Origin: Octopus vulgaris
Taxonomy: Eukaryota
Assembly (NCBI GenBank): GCA_951406725.2
Contig: OX597823.1
Coordinates: forward strand, 105,214,001 to 105,278,000
DNA length: 64,000 bases
Reading direction: 5' to 3'
The translations under genes were made by a program, and so were the position numbers. Below the pieces are notes generated by a model. The model worked only from the letters and a program-made list of their open reading frames with translations. It was not told where the DNA came from and searched no databases. This document shows positions 1-13,076 of this stretch, in pieces. The stretch's first letter is position 1. Each line of letters opens with the position of its first letter.

Positions 1-666
1 TTCATGTATGTGTAGAATTGTGCTGAAATAGCAGACATAAAAAAATATTAGAGCACCACCAGAAAACCTGACATGCTAGAAACAATAGGTAAATGACATT
101 ATTTCTGAAGAAACTCCTCCACTTTCCAAAAAGCTAAAAGTGAAACATTGGGAGTTTGTAGCTTTTTGAAAGTGGTGAGGTGATGGGTGGATGTTGGGGA
201 AGAAAATTTTAGTGTTTCTTTAAAAAAAAAGATAGATGGAAATTCTTAAAGAATCATATTCTTTAATCTTTTCTTCAAGGATTACCAAGAAAAAATTCAA
301 AAATGTAAAAAAGGAAGATATTGAAATGGGGAGGGAGAAAATTGAATTATTGAGAACATGTTTTTGGGGTAAAATCCTAATCTCCCGTATTGAAAACAGG
401 AATCGGAAGAAATTTAGGAAAAAAAATGGGGTGGGGGTAGGGTGTATGCAAATGTCACATTGGACATGCTAGAAACAACAAGTAAAGGACAGGATTTCTG
501 GGAGAACTTCCTTTTAAATTTATATTGAAGATCAGGTTTTTAAATACTCTCATCACACGTACAAATTACAGAATAGAAAATGGTGATTTCAAATGGATTT
601 CAGCTGTAATTTTGTGCGTGCAATAGCAAGAAATAATATACAGAAGTTTTACTTAGAGAGAGAGAG

Positions 667-720
<54 letters not shown>

Positions 721-1544
721 GAAGTTATTTTATGGCATTCTTTCATTTGAAGCAGGAAAGTTGTCAACTTGATCATATGGTCAATCATACCGGATCATAT
801 GATTGTTCATTAATTTCTGTAAATTGTTTTTTTTTTTTATTTCTGTAGGCTTTGAAGAGAGCAAAAATTGAAAGAGAGGAGAAAGTGAAAAGGCAACATT
901 TGCTTTGAAGTGAGAGCAGAAATTGAAAGAGAGGAAAAAGTGAAAGATGTATGTACACATATATGAAATGGACATGGCACCTACTATTCTCTTCAAATTC
1001 CTTTCATTTTGCTTTTTGAATTTTTTAAAGTTATCTTCCTTTACCTCCTCCTCCTCTCTCTTATCTTCTTGGCTATCTTTGTACATTATATTCTTAGACG
1101 TTATATTTTTATATACCTTAATTTATCCCTAATTTATCCTTAATGTCAATCTTTGACACCCTCTCTCACTCTATTTACCTCTCTTTCTATTTATCTACTT
1201 TTCTGTGTTTTTATCGCTTAATAACTGCTATTCTGTTATCTAGTGTTGATATGTTCGCATCTTTTTCTGGATACTTACACTATCAGGACTTTAACTCATA
1301 TGGATTTACACAGGATTGCACCTAAGGACTTGTGGACTTACTTCTACACGACTGGAAAGTTGAACTCTGAACTTTTATACTTCTTTTTTCTTCTCTTTAT
1401 TCATCTCCTCATTCCTTTACTCCTGCCCTCTCTGTCATCATTTCATTAATCTATACCCTTCTCGTCTTGCCTATTTGTCTCTGATGACAGAATATCTCAT
1501 ACTCTGGGATATCCCAGAAACAGCTGCAAGACTTTGATGTTTTC

Positions 1545-1582
<38 letters not shown>

Positions 1583-1630
1583 TATATGACTTGAGATGTT
1601 TGCCTTGCCTTAACTTTTGCTGTCCTCTTT

Positions 1631-1685
<55 letters not shown>

Positions 1686-2066
1686 TCATCATCGTTTAAC
1701 GTCCGTTCTCCATGCTAGCATATATATGTATAATATATATATATATATATGTATATCTATATATATACGCATATATATATATAATATATACATATATGTA
1801 TACATATATATATATGTGTGTGTATATGTATATGTATATATATATGTATGTATATACATATACATACATACACTTATACATTCATATAGGTAAGTAGGTA
1901 ACTAGGTGTGTTCAATATACCTATATATGTACTTATGTGCGCGCACACACACACACACACACAGAAGTAGATAAGAGTTCAACCGTTCAGTCAATTACCT
2001 AATGCTTGTGTCTACATCAAAATATCAAACCAGCTTTAGATTTACAAACAAAGCCACAGTCCTTAC

Positions 2067-2090
2067 GTATCTCAGCATGACCATAACAAC
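2067..2090 (-). CDS. Candidate 24-nt microexon of an unidentified minus-strand gene
   Basis: Minus strand reads atttatcatcag|GTTGTTATGGTCATGCTGAGATAC|gtaagg. It is frame-preserving and open in phase 1 (xCYGHAEI). Splice signals only, no homology. Confidence 0.15.
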
Positions 2091-2179
2091 CTGATGATAA
2101 ATTGAGTTCAGATTTTCTCACTCCCTTGTTTTCTATAAATTTGACCTTGAAGACTCAAAATCTTTTATTACATATTGCC

Positions 2180-2233
<54 letters not shown>

Positions 2234-2799
2234 CATTTACAATACTGTAGTAATCTGTTGAAGGATATTGTGTCTATATGCGTTAGATAATTTTGATTTC
2301 ATTTTATCTTGTGAAAGGTCTCTGAACATGTTGTGTGTCATCATAAGTTGGCTGCATATGAGAACTCGGGGTAAACATCCCTCAATTAAGTGAATTACAT
2401 GATGAGTCTATCTAAACATAGACTGAATAGTACAGCCAGCTGCCACTTGTAAGTTAGTATAGTTTAGTAACTTGAACCAGGCTTTTGTTAATTGTTTTAA
2501 GCATCAATAAAGTTACAAGCAAACACAGCAAAAGCCATTACAGTAGTGGTAGAAAGGATGGAGAGTTATCATAGGAGTAATAGCAGAGGCATGAGCCTAG
2601 CCTGCTCTTTGGAGCTCCTTGACTGGGCCCATGTTGCCTCCACTAAAATATTTTCACCCTTTTCTTCCTGCCTCCTCTTATTATTCTTGTGATATCACAC
2701 ACTTAGGCACTTCACTAATCACTTCACCCAACCCTTATTTCCCAGAACATCAGCCTTCTAGAACTTTCTCCCTTTTCATAACTATTTTCCACTGTGATC

Positions 2800-3121
2800 C
2801 CTGTGCCGGTGGCACATAAAAAGCACCATCCAAACGTGGCCGATGACAGTGCTGCCTTGACTGGCTTACGTGCCGGTGGCATGTAGAAAGCACCAACCGA
2901 TTGTGGCTGTTGCTAGCCTTGCTTGGCACCAGTGCTGGTGGCACGTAAAAAGCACCCACTACACTCACGGAGTGGTTGGCGTTAGAAAGGGCATCCAGCT
3001 GTAGAAACATTGCCAGATCAGACTGGAACCTGGTGCAGCCTTCTGGCTTCCCAGAACCCGGTCGAACCGTCCAACTCATGCTAGCATGGAAAACGGACGT
3101 TAAACGATGATGATGATGATG
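2800..3121 (+). mobile_element. RTE-clade LINE 3' UTR fragment with (GAT)n tail
   Basis: Same sequence as the 3' UTR that follows the RTE reverse-transcriptase ORF at 16500-16820. Ends ...GGACGTTAAACGATGATGAT. Confidence 0.8.
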
Positions 3122-3724
3122 AATTACAAAGGTTCAAGAGGAACATTGGTGCCATCAACCACACTGATCTACAAGGAGCTGCAAGAGCCAAGGATACTGC
3201 CCTTTCTTTCAGACACAGCAAGTGATGAAAAAACGAGTTTGGAGTGATCTGATCGTTGTTATTCGACAAGGAAACTCAAAGATATATTTCAGTCTTTTTA
3301 GCCCTTATCAGCCAAACAAAGTCTACTTACACTTGATTTGTCAAGAAATTGTTAAAAGAATGAATTTTTTTTTTTACTTTGAGAACCACTAACAACTGTA
3401 AATTGGTTTTGAATTTGTATCTCCAAATTAAAAATCCTAATTTCAATTCATTTAGAAGTTTTTGAATATGTTGTGCAATATAAAATCATTTAATGATTTA
3501 TATCTGAATAGATATCATTGATAAACTTACACACACTCACACACACACACACTCACACACACATACAAGTGCATGTAGTAGGTAAGATCCGGGATACATA
3601 TGTTCCCTAGTGGGCGGAACTTCAAAAGTGGTAAAACCCAAGCAAGGTGTATACCACCAGCTACTCTTCAGGTCAAAAATATCTTGTTTAAATTAAAGGT
3701 TACATTGTTGCAAGGATGTACATG

Positions 3725-4672
3725 TTGACTAGTGACTTTACTCTTGAAAATCAGACCCGTGGTGGACCTGAGACCAAAGTGGATAATGATGAGCTGGAAA
3801 CTGCAATGGAAGCAGATACATCTCACACTAAGTGTGAGTTAGCAGCAAAGTTTGAGGTTTTGATTCCAGCTGTATTGGACCATCTGAAACAAACTGGCAT
3901 GGTAAAGAAGCTGGACAAATGGGTACCACATGAACTGAACAAGCATCAAATGACACATTGTCTTGAAACTTGCTGTTCTTTGCTGTCATGGCATAAAAGT
4001 GAACCATTTTTTGCATTGTATTGTTACGTGTGATGAAAAATGGATTCTTTTCAACAATAGCAAGCATTCTACATGGTGACTGGATCCGGAGGAAGTGCCA
4101 AAACATAATCCAAAAGAGAATATTCACCAAAAGAAACTAATGGTGTCCGTTTGGTGGTTTAGTGCTGGTGTCATCCACTACAACTTCATGATGCTGGTAA
4201 GTCAATTACAGCAGATGTATACATCAATCAGTTGAAAGAAATGATGAGTAAATTTGCAATCAAACAACCAAGAGTGGTTGATAGAGACAGGCCAATTCTC
4301 TTGCAAAACAGTGCTTGACCACATGTTGCACACAGAACGCTGCTCAAGTTACAGGAACTGAACTTGGAAGTACTCTGTCATCCAACATATTCACCAGACC
4401 TTGTACCAGCTGACTATCATGTTTTCTAGGCATTAGACAACTTTTAGCAAGGAAAAATCTTCAAATCTGAAGATGCGAAAACAGCCTTTCGTTATTTCAT
4501 CCCCTCTTGCTCTCCAGAATCCTTCGCTGCTGGCATAAATAAGCTACCAATAAAATGGTAAAATTGCATTGATAATTGAGGTGCATACTTTGATTAACTG
4601 CATTGCTTTTTGCTGAGTTAATGTAAAATAAACTTTCAGTTCAAAATTGGACATCTCATTCTTTATAACCAT
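3725..4672 (+). mobile_element. Degenerate mariner (DD34D) transposase remnant
   Basis: Translates to KKLDKWVPHEL, TCDEKWI, PKENIHQKKLMVSVWW and HPTYSPDLVPADYHVF, with frameshifts and stops. WVPHEL and YSPDL are mariner hallmarks. Confidence 0.9.
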
Positions 4673-5091
4673 ATATATATAATAATTATTTGAGGGAATA
4701 TTATTCTCAACCTACAGGGAAAAATTCAATTTAGAAATACTAAATCAAATTTCACAAAATATAATATATATAAAGAATTAAAAAAAACACCTTTTATCAA
4801 TTCAAAATGAACAATTAAATTACACCATCTAGAAAATTACATATAATAGAAATATTAAAATTAGAATAACAATAATATACTGATGATTAAGTAAATTGCA
4901 AAATAATGATAAGAACGTATATATATCATGGAAGCCAATATACAGCTAGCATGGAAGCCTAATACGGATCCCTGGCTCCAGCCTGAGCTGTGAACTTAGA
5001 ACCTAATGGATGACCAATTATAGCACTTACTCAGCGTACTTTTACGTTTAAATTACCAGTGAACTAAACGCCTCATATTCTTTATATATTA

Positions 5092-5462
5092 GAGGCATAG
5101 AAGTGGCTGTGTGGTAGGAAGCTTGCTTCCCAACCACATGGTTCCAGGTTCAGTTCCACTGTGCCGTACCTTGGACAAGCGTCTTCTACTATAGCCTCAG
5201 GCCAACCAAAGCCTTGTGAATGGATTTGAAAGACAGAAACTGAAAGACTCCCATTGTATATATACATGTGTGTGTGTGTGTTTGCACATGTGTGTGTATT
5301 TGTCCCCTCCACCATCACTTGACAACCGATGCAGGTATGTTTACATGCCTGTAACTTAGTAGTTCGGCAAAAGTGACCAATAGGATAAGTACTGGGCTTA
5401 CAAAGAATAAGGGGTTGATTTGTTTTATGAAAGGCAGTGCTCCAGTCAAAAAGTAAAAGAGA
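5092..5462 (+). mobile_element. tRNA-derived SINE (family B here; CORE-like centre, internal (TG)n)
   Basis: Matches fuller copies at 43975-44400 and 61795-62190: GTGGCTGTGTGGTA...GGTTCAGTTCCAC head, ACCTTGGRCAAG centre, GGTGCTCCAG tail. Confidence 0.8.
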
Positions 5463-5769
5463 CTATATATATATATATATACACACACACACAGATATAT
5501 TTGCACATATATATGCATACATGGAGATACCTGAATGCAGTAAGACCATATATTTAAGAAGTCGCATAACCAAGGTTCCAGGTTTGATCCTATAGCATGA
5601 CATCTTGGGCAAGGGTCATTTTCTAGATCCTTCATTCAAATCATACCTTTTGAGGGAAATTAGGCAGATGGAAACTGTGTAGAAGCCTAGCAGATAAATT
5701 TTTATTCAGGAGCAGGTAATTCAGCTGACTGAAGAACTGAATCCTTCCTTCATTGTTGATTGACAAAGA

Positions 5770-6260
<491 letters not shown>

Positions 6261-6598
6261 ACATATAAGTCTCTGCCTACGTCTCTGTCTGTCTGTCTCT
6301 CCCTCTCTCTATATATATAAAGAGCGAAAGAGAGAGTTGTATGAGTTTAAGAAGTGGTCTTACTCAGTCCAGGAACTGACTTCCAACACAAACACACACA
6401 TGCATATACACTCGTGTACGTATGCATGTGTGTATATATATATATATATATACACACTCACACACATACATTTGCACTCACATATATACACACACACACA
6501 TATGCACTCATATAAACACACACATGCACACACTACCTTACTCTTGGCTGTAGTAGTAGTAGTAACACCAGCAACACCGCCAGTAGCAGTGCAGTTAC

Positions 6599-7043
6599 CT
6601 GTAAGGTGGTGATGGCGATGGTGCTGCTGCTGCTGTTGTATGAGCTGAGGGCTAGGAGATAGATGGTCATTAATGGAGGTGGTGGAGGTGGTGGTGGGAA
6701 GGGTGGTGGCGGTGGTGGTGAGATTAAAAAGCTGGTTGTTGATTGTTGCCAAGGGTGACTCTAAACCAGTTGTCACACCACCAACACCACCACCAACACC
6801 ACCACCACCACCATCATAAACACTACTGCCACCAACACCACCACCTCCACCTTTACGGCTCTGTGTATTCTTTAGCCAGGTGTGTTCCCACTTTGTAGCT
6901 TTCACTTTCTTCTTTTCCTCCTTCTCCTGCTCTTCCTTCTACTCCTTGTGTTTGTCTGTTTGTTGTTGTTTTTCTCTATATCTCTTTCCATCGTTTTCTT
7001 TTTCATGTGTGTGTATGTGTGTGTGTGTGTTTTTCATGTGCAT
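6599..7043 (-). CDS. Candidate first or 5' exon of a minus-strand gene with a low-complexity Gly/Thr/Gln/His-rich reading frame
   Basis: Frame KATKWEHTWLKNTQSRKGGGG...TTGLESPLATINNQLFNLTTT...SPSPQLIQQQQQHHRHHHLT ends at a good donor, ACAG|GTAACT (intron starts 6598, phase 1). In-frame ATGs at 7043 and 7037 are separated from it by one TAG (6939-6941). GTG at 6905 is an alternative start. It could also be 5' UTR. Confidence 0.4.
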
Positions 7044-7175
7044 GTGTATGTGTGTGTGTGTCTATAGACGTGTGTTCAACTCTTTATTTCTCTCCCTCTT
7101 TCTCCCTCTCTCTCTTTCTTTCTTCCTTTTTTCTGCCTTTCTCTCTCTCTCTCCCTCAGTTTGTGTATGTGTGTA

Positions 7176-7230
<55 letters not shown>

Positions 7231-7538
7231 ATATATATATATATATATATATAGATAGATAGATAGATATATACATGTGTGTCTGTGTGTGTGTGTATAT
7301 GTACTGCTTCCCCCATCTCCCCTCCCACTGACCATCAAGGAACACTATCACCCACACCATCACCAATGAGTTACCCTCGGCTCCTTCCCAAAGCTACTGT
7401 CTTGAGTAGTTCAGTACACCACCAAGGAAAGTGGGGTGGGTGGGAGATGGGGTAGATAAGTGAATAAATAAAATATGAAAAAAAAAATTTAATGGCTAAA
7501 AATAGTAGAGTGACCCAGGAGACAGTGCGTTTGTTTAC

Positions 7539-7830
7539 CTAGACTCTCTTTCTTTCTCTCTCTCTCTCTCTTTCACTCTTTTTCTCTTTCCATCTGAATC
7601 TCTGTTTCTCTCTAAACTTTCCTCTGTCTTGTTCATGCTTGCCAACAGACATACAGACAGACAGACAGACAGACAGGCAGACGGACTGACGGACTGACAG
7701 ACTGTCATAGAGTCGGACAGACAGACGGATGGATGGACCAACATTGTCCAGTCCAGTCTACTGTTTTGTGTGAGTTACTCTTTTTTTTTTTTTGCTTTCC
7801 GCGGCTGCTTCAAAGATGCAGGACCACACT
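7539..7830 (-). other. Candidate 5' exon or UTR of the minus-strand gene
   Basis: Donor-like CTAG|GTAAAC (intron starts 7538). Short frame MNKTEESLERNRDSDGKRKRVKERE... lies in non-TE, locally CpG-containing sequence. Confidence 0.25.
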
Positions 7831-8122
7831 TGCAACTTCTGTTATTATTTTAAGACGACGACAACAACAACAACAACAACAACAGTAACAAATACATAAC
7901 AATCAAATATGAAAGTAGTGGAAAATACTGAACAACAACAACAACAGCAAAAACAACCACAACAACAGTAACAAAAACAGCAACACTTTCATCAACTAAC
8001 ACATCTACAACAACAACAACAACAGCAGTGATAAGATGTGATAAAAAGGAAAAATAACAATAACAGGTGACAACTACGGTAACAGGTGTATTTACAATGT
8101 CAATCACAACATCAGTAACACC

Positions 8123-8153
<31 letters not shown>

Positions 8154-8351
8154 TCAACAACCACAAAATCAACATCAACATCTCCAACAACAACAACAAC
8201 AACAACAACAAGCTGAGTCCCAGAGCAAACGGAAGAACGAGACAATAATAAAACTGTTTTGTTCTCTCATTTTACTCCTTGTGTCAGTAAAGAAACTGGC
8301 AGATATATATATATAAGTATGTATACATAAATATACATAAACCATCTATAC

Positions 8352-8398
<47 letters not shown>

Positions 8399-8625
8399 TA
8401 TGTATATGTGTATGTATATGAACTTGTATATAACTTAGAGTCAGAGCGGAGAAGATGGAACATCAATGGGGTGTGTATAAAAGTTGTTGATATATTTTTG
8501 TTTTGTTTTTCTTTTATTAGTTATTTTATTTGTGTTGTTTATTGTAGTTTTAAATTTTCTGATAACATTTCAGCGCAACACTCACTTTCAATTTCCCCCT
8601 TCCTCTTCCCCCCAGCCATTGTTAC

Positions 8626-8713
8626 CTGACTCCATGTAGTTTACTTGACCTATGCGGTCACTAGAACTAACACCTGAATCCCTCCCACTTTGAATCATGC
8701 ATAACCTCCTATC
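8626..8713 (-). CDS. Candidate 88-nt internal coding exon (DRRLCMIQSGRDSGVSSSDRIGQVNYMES)
   Basis: Acceptor ttcattcattttag|GAT and donor TCAG|gtaaca. Open frame from phase 0 to phase 1 in unique non-repeat sequence. Protein not recognised. Confidence 0.45.
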
Positions 8714-8801
8714 CTAAAATGAATGAACTCTTTAAAGATGTTATATAATGTGATATTTGGCATGTTACTTGCCAAAAAATAATAACTATAATAACAACAA
8801 C

Positions 8802-8909
<108 letters not shown>

Positions 8910-9140
8910 AATAATGATAATAATGATAAGAAGAGGGAAAATGAAGAAGTATGATGAGATGGTCATGTCTGGAATGTGCATGATCATAGATATGCTCAAT
9001 TAACAGTGACCTTGTGTTAACGAAACTAACAAAAATATCACTGTCAAGGGAAAGATAAATTCGTTAGTGTTGCGTGTAATAAGGGATATCAAGTATTTAA
9101 TAGCAAATTATGCTATACAACAACAACAACAACAATAATA

Positions 9141-9195
<55 letters not shown>

Positions 9196-9384
9196 GCTTA
9201 TCATGTACGGTGCTCAGGTGAATGGCAACTTATCAGCATATACGTTTGCTCATAACGTAAATAATAGCGGATGTCAAATGGCAAATATTGACTAAATAGC
9301 AATTAACACTATTGTATATATATCTGTTAGTATCATGTATAGCACTGCATATCAAATAGCTGGTATTCAATGGGGAGCAAATAA

Positions 9385-9436
<52 letters not shown>

Positions 9437-9620
9437 ATGTGTGTGTGTATTTCTTTGTGTGTTTGTGATTTTATACTTACATATATTACACACAGACACA
9501 CACACATATATATATATACACACATATTCATACATACTTGCTTATATATATACGTGTATATATGTATGTATATATAAATATATATATATATATGTGTGCA
9601 TATATATATGTTTGTGTATG

Positions 9621-9655
<35 letters not shown>

Positions 9656-9656
9656 G

Positions 9657-9697
<41 letters not shown>

Positions 9698-9852
9698 CAT
9701 ACACATATACATAAATATGTGTGTGTGCATATATAAATATAAGCATACATACATTACATATATACATACATATGTATATAAATACATGCAATAGGATTTG
9801 TTACATGTACACATGGTGTTTGATACTCAGTTCTTGATATATTGTATTTTAT

Positions 9853-9939
<87 letters not shown>

Positions 9940-9991
9940 TATACATACATACATACATACATACATATACATGCATACTTATGTATATACG

Positions 9992-10027
<36 letters not shown>

Positions 10028-10487
10028 GTATGTGCATAAGTATGCATACTTATGTATATATGTATGTATGTATATATATATATATATATATATTTACATA
10101 TATATATACCTATATATGTATGTATGTATATGTGTAAATTTGTATGTTTAGTTTTAAGTATGTATTCTCATGCATATAGTTGCATGTCTAGACATGCTCA
10201 TATATACTTAAATGACAAACTTCTGGAAAGTTTTACAGATTTTTACAGTTCCAGTGATGGATTGGATATGTAGTCTTTGAATGTATGTATGTATGCATGT
10301 ATGTACATACATACATATGTATGTAGATAGGTATGTATGTATGTATGTTGTATGTGTGTATATATATATATATGTGTGTAGGTATGTACATGTGTGTATA
10401 TATATATATATATATAATATATATGCTTATATATATATGTGTATGTGTGTGTGTGTGTGTGCATGCATGCGCACGTGTGTGTGTGTA

Positions 10488-10695
10488 TTCTTTTATTCTT
10501 TTATATGTTTCAGTCATTTGACTGCAGCCATGCTGGAGCACCGCCTTTAGTCAAACAAATCAACCCAGGACTTATTCTTTATAAACCGAGTACTTATTCT
10601 ATCCGTCTCATTTCCTGAAGCACTAAATTATGGGGATGTAAACACACCAGCATCGATTGTCCAGCAATGGTGGGGGGACAAACACAGACACACAA

Positions 10696-10744
<49 letters not shown>

Positions 10745-10980
10745 TATATATATCATCATCATCATCACCATTGTTTAACGTCCGTTTTCCGTGCTAGCAC
10801 GGGTTGGACGGTACGACCAGGGTCTGGGAAGCCAGGAGGCTGTACCATATATATATATACACAACAGGCTTCTTTTAGATTCTGTCTACCAAATCCCCTC
10901 ACAAGGCTTTGGTTAGCTTGAGGCTATAGTGGAAGACACTTGCCCAAAGTGCCATGCAGTGGGACTGAACCTGGAACCAA
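10488..10980 (-). mobile_element. SINE family B, interrupted by an RTE 3'-tail fragment in its internal microsatellite
   Basis: Reverse complement of the 43975-44400 element. The RTE tail (CATCATC...TTTAACGTCCGTTTTCC) lies at about 10752-10846. Confidence 0.8.
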
Positions 10981-11189
10981 TGCATACATGTTTATGTGTA
11001 TCGTCATTGAATCTCTTCTCCATAACCTGCCCACCGAACACATCCCCCTATTTCGTCTGTCCATTCACTACACCTCTCCTCTATTTCTGAACCTCTTTTC
11101 ACAAATATTATGAGCGTTTCTACCCATTCACCCTTTGCAATCCTTGTTCCCACTTTGCTTATATATACGTGTGTGTGAGTATATATGTT

Positions 11190-11580
11190 GTGCTTGAGGA
11201 GACCTATTGAGTCAAGTACATCAACATCAAAAAAAATCTCAAATGAAAATTGTAGTTGTGGCATGTAAAAAGCACCATCCAAACGTGGCCAATGCCAGCT
11301 CCACTTTGACTGGTTTCTGTGCCGGTGGCACGTAAAAAGCACCAACTGATCATGGCTGCTGTCAGCCTACCCTGGCACCTGTGTCATATATCATCATCAT
11401 CATCGTTTAACGCCTGTTTTTCATGCTAGCATGGGTTGGACGGTTCGACCAGGGTCTGGGAAGCCAGGAGGCTGCACCAGGCTCCAGTCTGATCTGGCAG
11501 TGTTTCTACAGCTGGATGCCCTTCCTAACACCAATCACTCCATGTGTCATGGGTGCTTTTTATGTGCCACCAGCACAGGT
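11190..11580. mobile_element. Two RTE 3' UTR fragments in opposite orientation
   Basis: 11190-11385 matches 16440-16630 (+). 11390-11580 is the reverse complement of the (GAT)n-tailed end. Confidence 0.75.
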
Positions 11581-11730
11581 ATACCTCCCTGCAACCTGAG
11601 TATCCACCTCATCACATCTTTACCATCTTCTTTCTCCCCTCTCTCTATTCTCTCCTATTGAGGTAAACATGAGTTTTCTCTACTTCAAGACATCTATTTC
11701 TGCTCCTTTATTCATGTTCTAATCTCTTGA
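11581..11730. repeat. 150-bp segment duplicated at 18233-18382
   Basis: Direct comparison shows 6 transition differences over about 150 bp and the same boundaries. Confidence 0.9.
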
Positions 11731-12202
11731 TTAAACACAAATCATTTGACATAAATCCATCTTGCTCAATACCATTCTCTACTCATTTGAGGTGTTTTGT
11801 CTTAAATGTTATTTAACAACCTCACTGGTGTTGGTGCCACTTGAAAACCACCCACTACTCTCTGTAAAGTGGTTGGCATTAGGAAGAGCATTCAACATTA
11901 AGAGCCGTGCCAAAGCTGGCAGTGGAGCCTGGTGCAGTCCTCTGGTTTGACAGCTCTTGTCAAGCTGCCAGAATGTGTTGGACTGTTTGGAGCAGGACAT
12001 TAAATGATGATGAAGATGATGATGAAGATGATGATGATGACGATGACGATGACGATGACGATACTGATGATGATGATGATACTGATGATAATGTTTATGC
12101 ATATATACCTTATGTGTGTATATATGTTTATATATAAAAACCATTGCATGTGTGTGTGTGTGTACTGTATATATTTGTGCAGATGTGTGTATGTATGTAT
12201 AC

Positions 12203-12250
<48 letters not shown>

Positions 12251-12304
12251 TCCATTCTACTACAGGCACAAGGCTTGGATTTTGTGGGGAGGGGGACTGT
12301 CATA

Positions 12305-12768
12305 ATAACAGCAAATATTCTGCTCAATATCACAAATGTGCTTGTCAGTTGCTTGACCATGACCAGTTGAGCATGTCCCTTTGTGGCTGAAGATATGTGC
12401 CTCTCTGATTGTAAACAGAAGTAATGGGCGGGGTGGGGGGGCATCATAGCCATGTGTTGAGAGGAATTCCTTGGGGTTTGAATAATTCACCTCTGGAAGC
12501 ATGGGTGTTTTTTTCATCATCCTGAAACAACCCTCATTCAGGGACCTTTTGAGCAGGATGGGCTACTCGACCAGAAGAAAATTCTAACTGGGCTCCACCT
12601 GCAAGGTCATGTGCTGTTTATTTTGATATGAGATCACCATGTCACGCACATATGGTTGTGATGCATGCGCCTGGTGTACCCTTATCAGACGGGTAGTCAT
12701 GATGGGTATGTTGGGCTTTTGTATATTTGTACCCCAGTGTCACTTTGATGGCATACACTGTTCTATCA
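12305..12768. mobile_element. Unclassified interspersed repeat (second copy at 53295-54160)
   Basis: Colinear similarity: CAGCAAATATTCTGCTCAATA...GAGCATGTCCC...GAATAATTCA...CTGGTGTACCCTTATCAGACGGGTAGTCATGATGGG. Confidence 0.8.
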
Positions 12769-12985
12769 CAGGCATCAGGCCTGGAATTTTGAGGGGAGGT
12801 GGATGGTCGATCACATCGACCACAATACTTGACTAGAACTTAAGTTATCAACCCTGAAACGATGAAAGGCAATGTTGACCTCAGCAGAATTTGAACTCAG
12901 AACCTAAGGACCGACGGAATTCCGCTAAGCATTTTGCTCTGTGTGCTAACAAATCTGCCAGATCACCGCCTTAATAATAATAATG

Positions 12986-13076
<91 letters not shown>

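Noticed and set aside
849-948. Plus-strand acceptor followed by ALKRAKIEREEKVKR
   Set aside because: A roughly 53-bp tandem duplication that runs into a stop, with no supporting exons.
1503-1543. Possible minus-strand exon xNIKVLQLFLGYPR
   Set aside because: The acceptor is only the end of an (ATT)n tract and the donor is weak, so it cannot be supported.
2800-2960. CRISPR-like palindromic repeat with 35-40 bp spacers
   Set aside because: Eukaryotic context with no cas genes. The spacers are homologous to each other and shared between dispersed copies, so this is a LINE 3' UTR tandem unit.
4875-4925. Hammerhead-like ATATA-CTGATGA...GAACGTA-TATAT
   Set aside because: The GAAA box is incomplete and helix II is weak and AT-only. 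It may be a decayed Penelope end but is not supportable.
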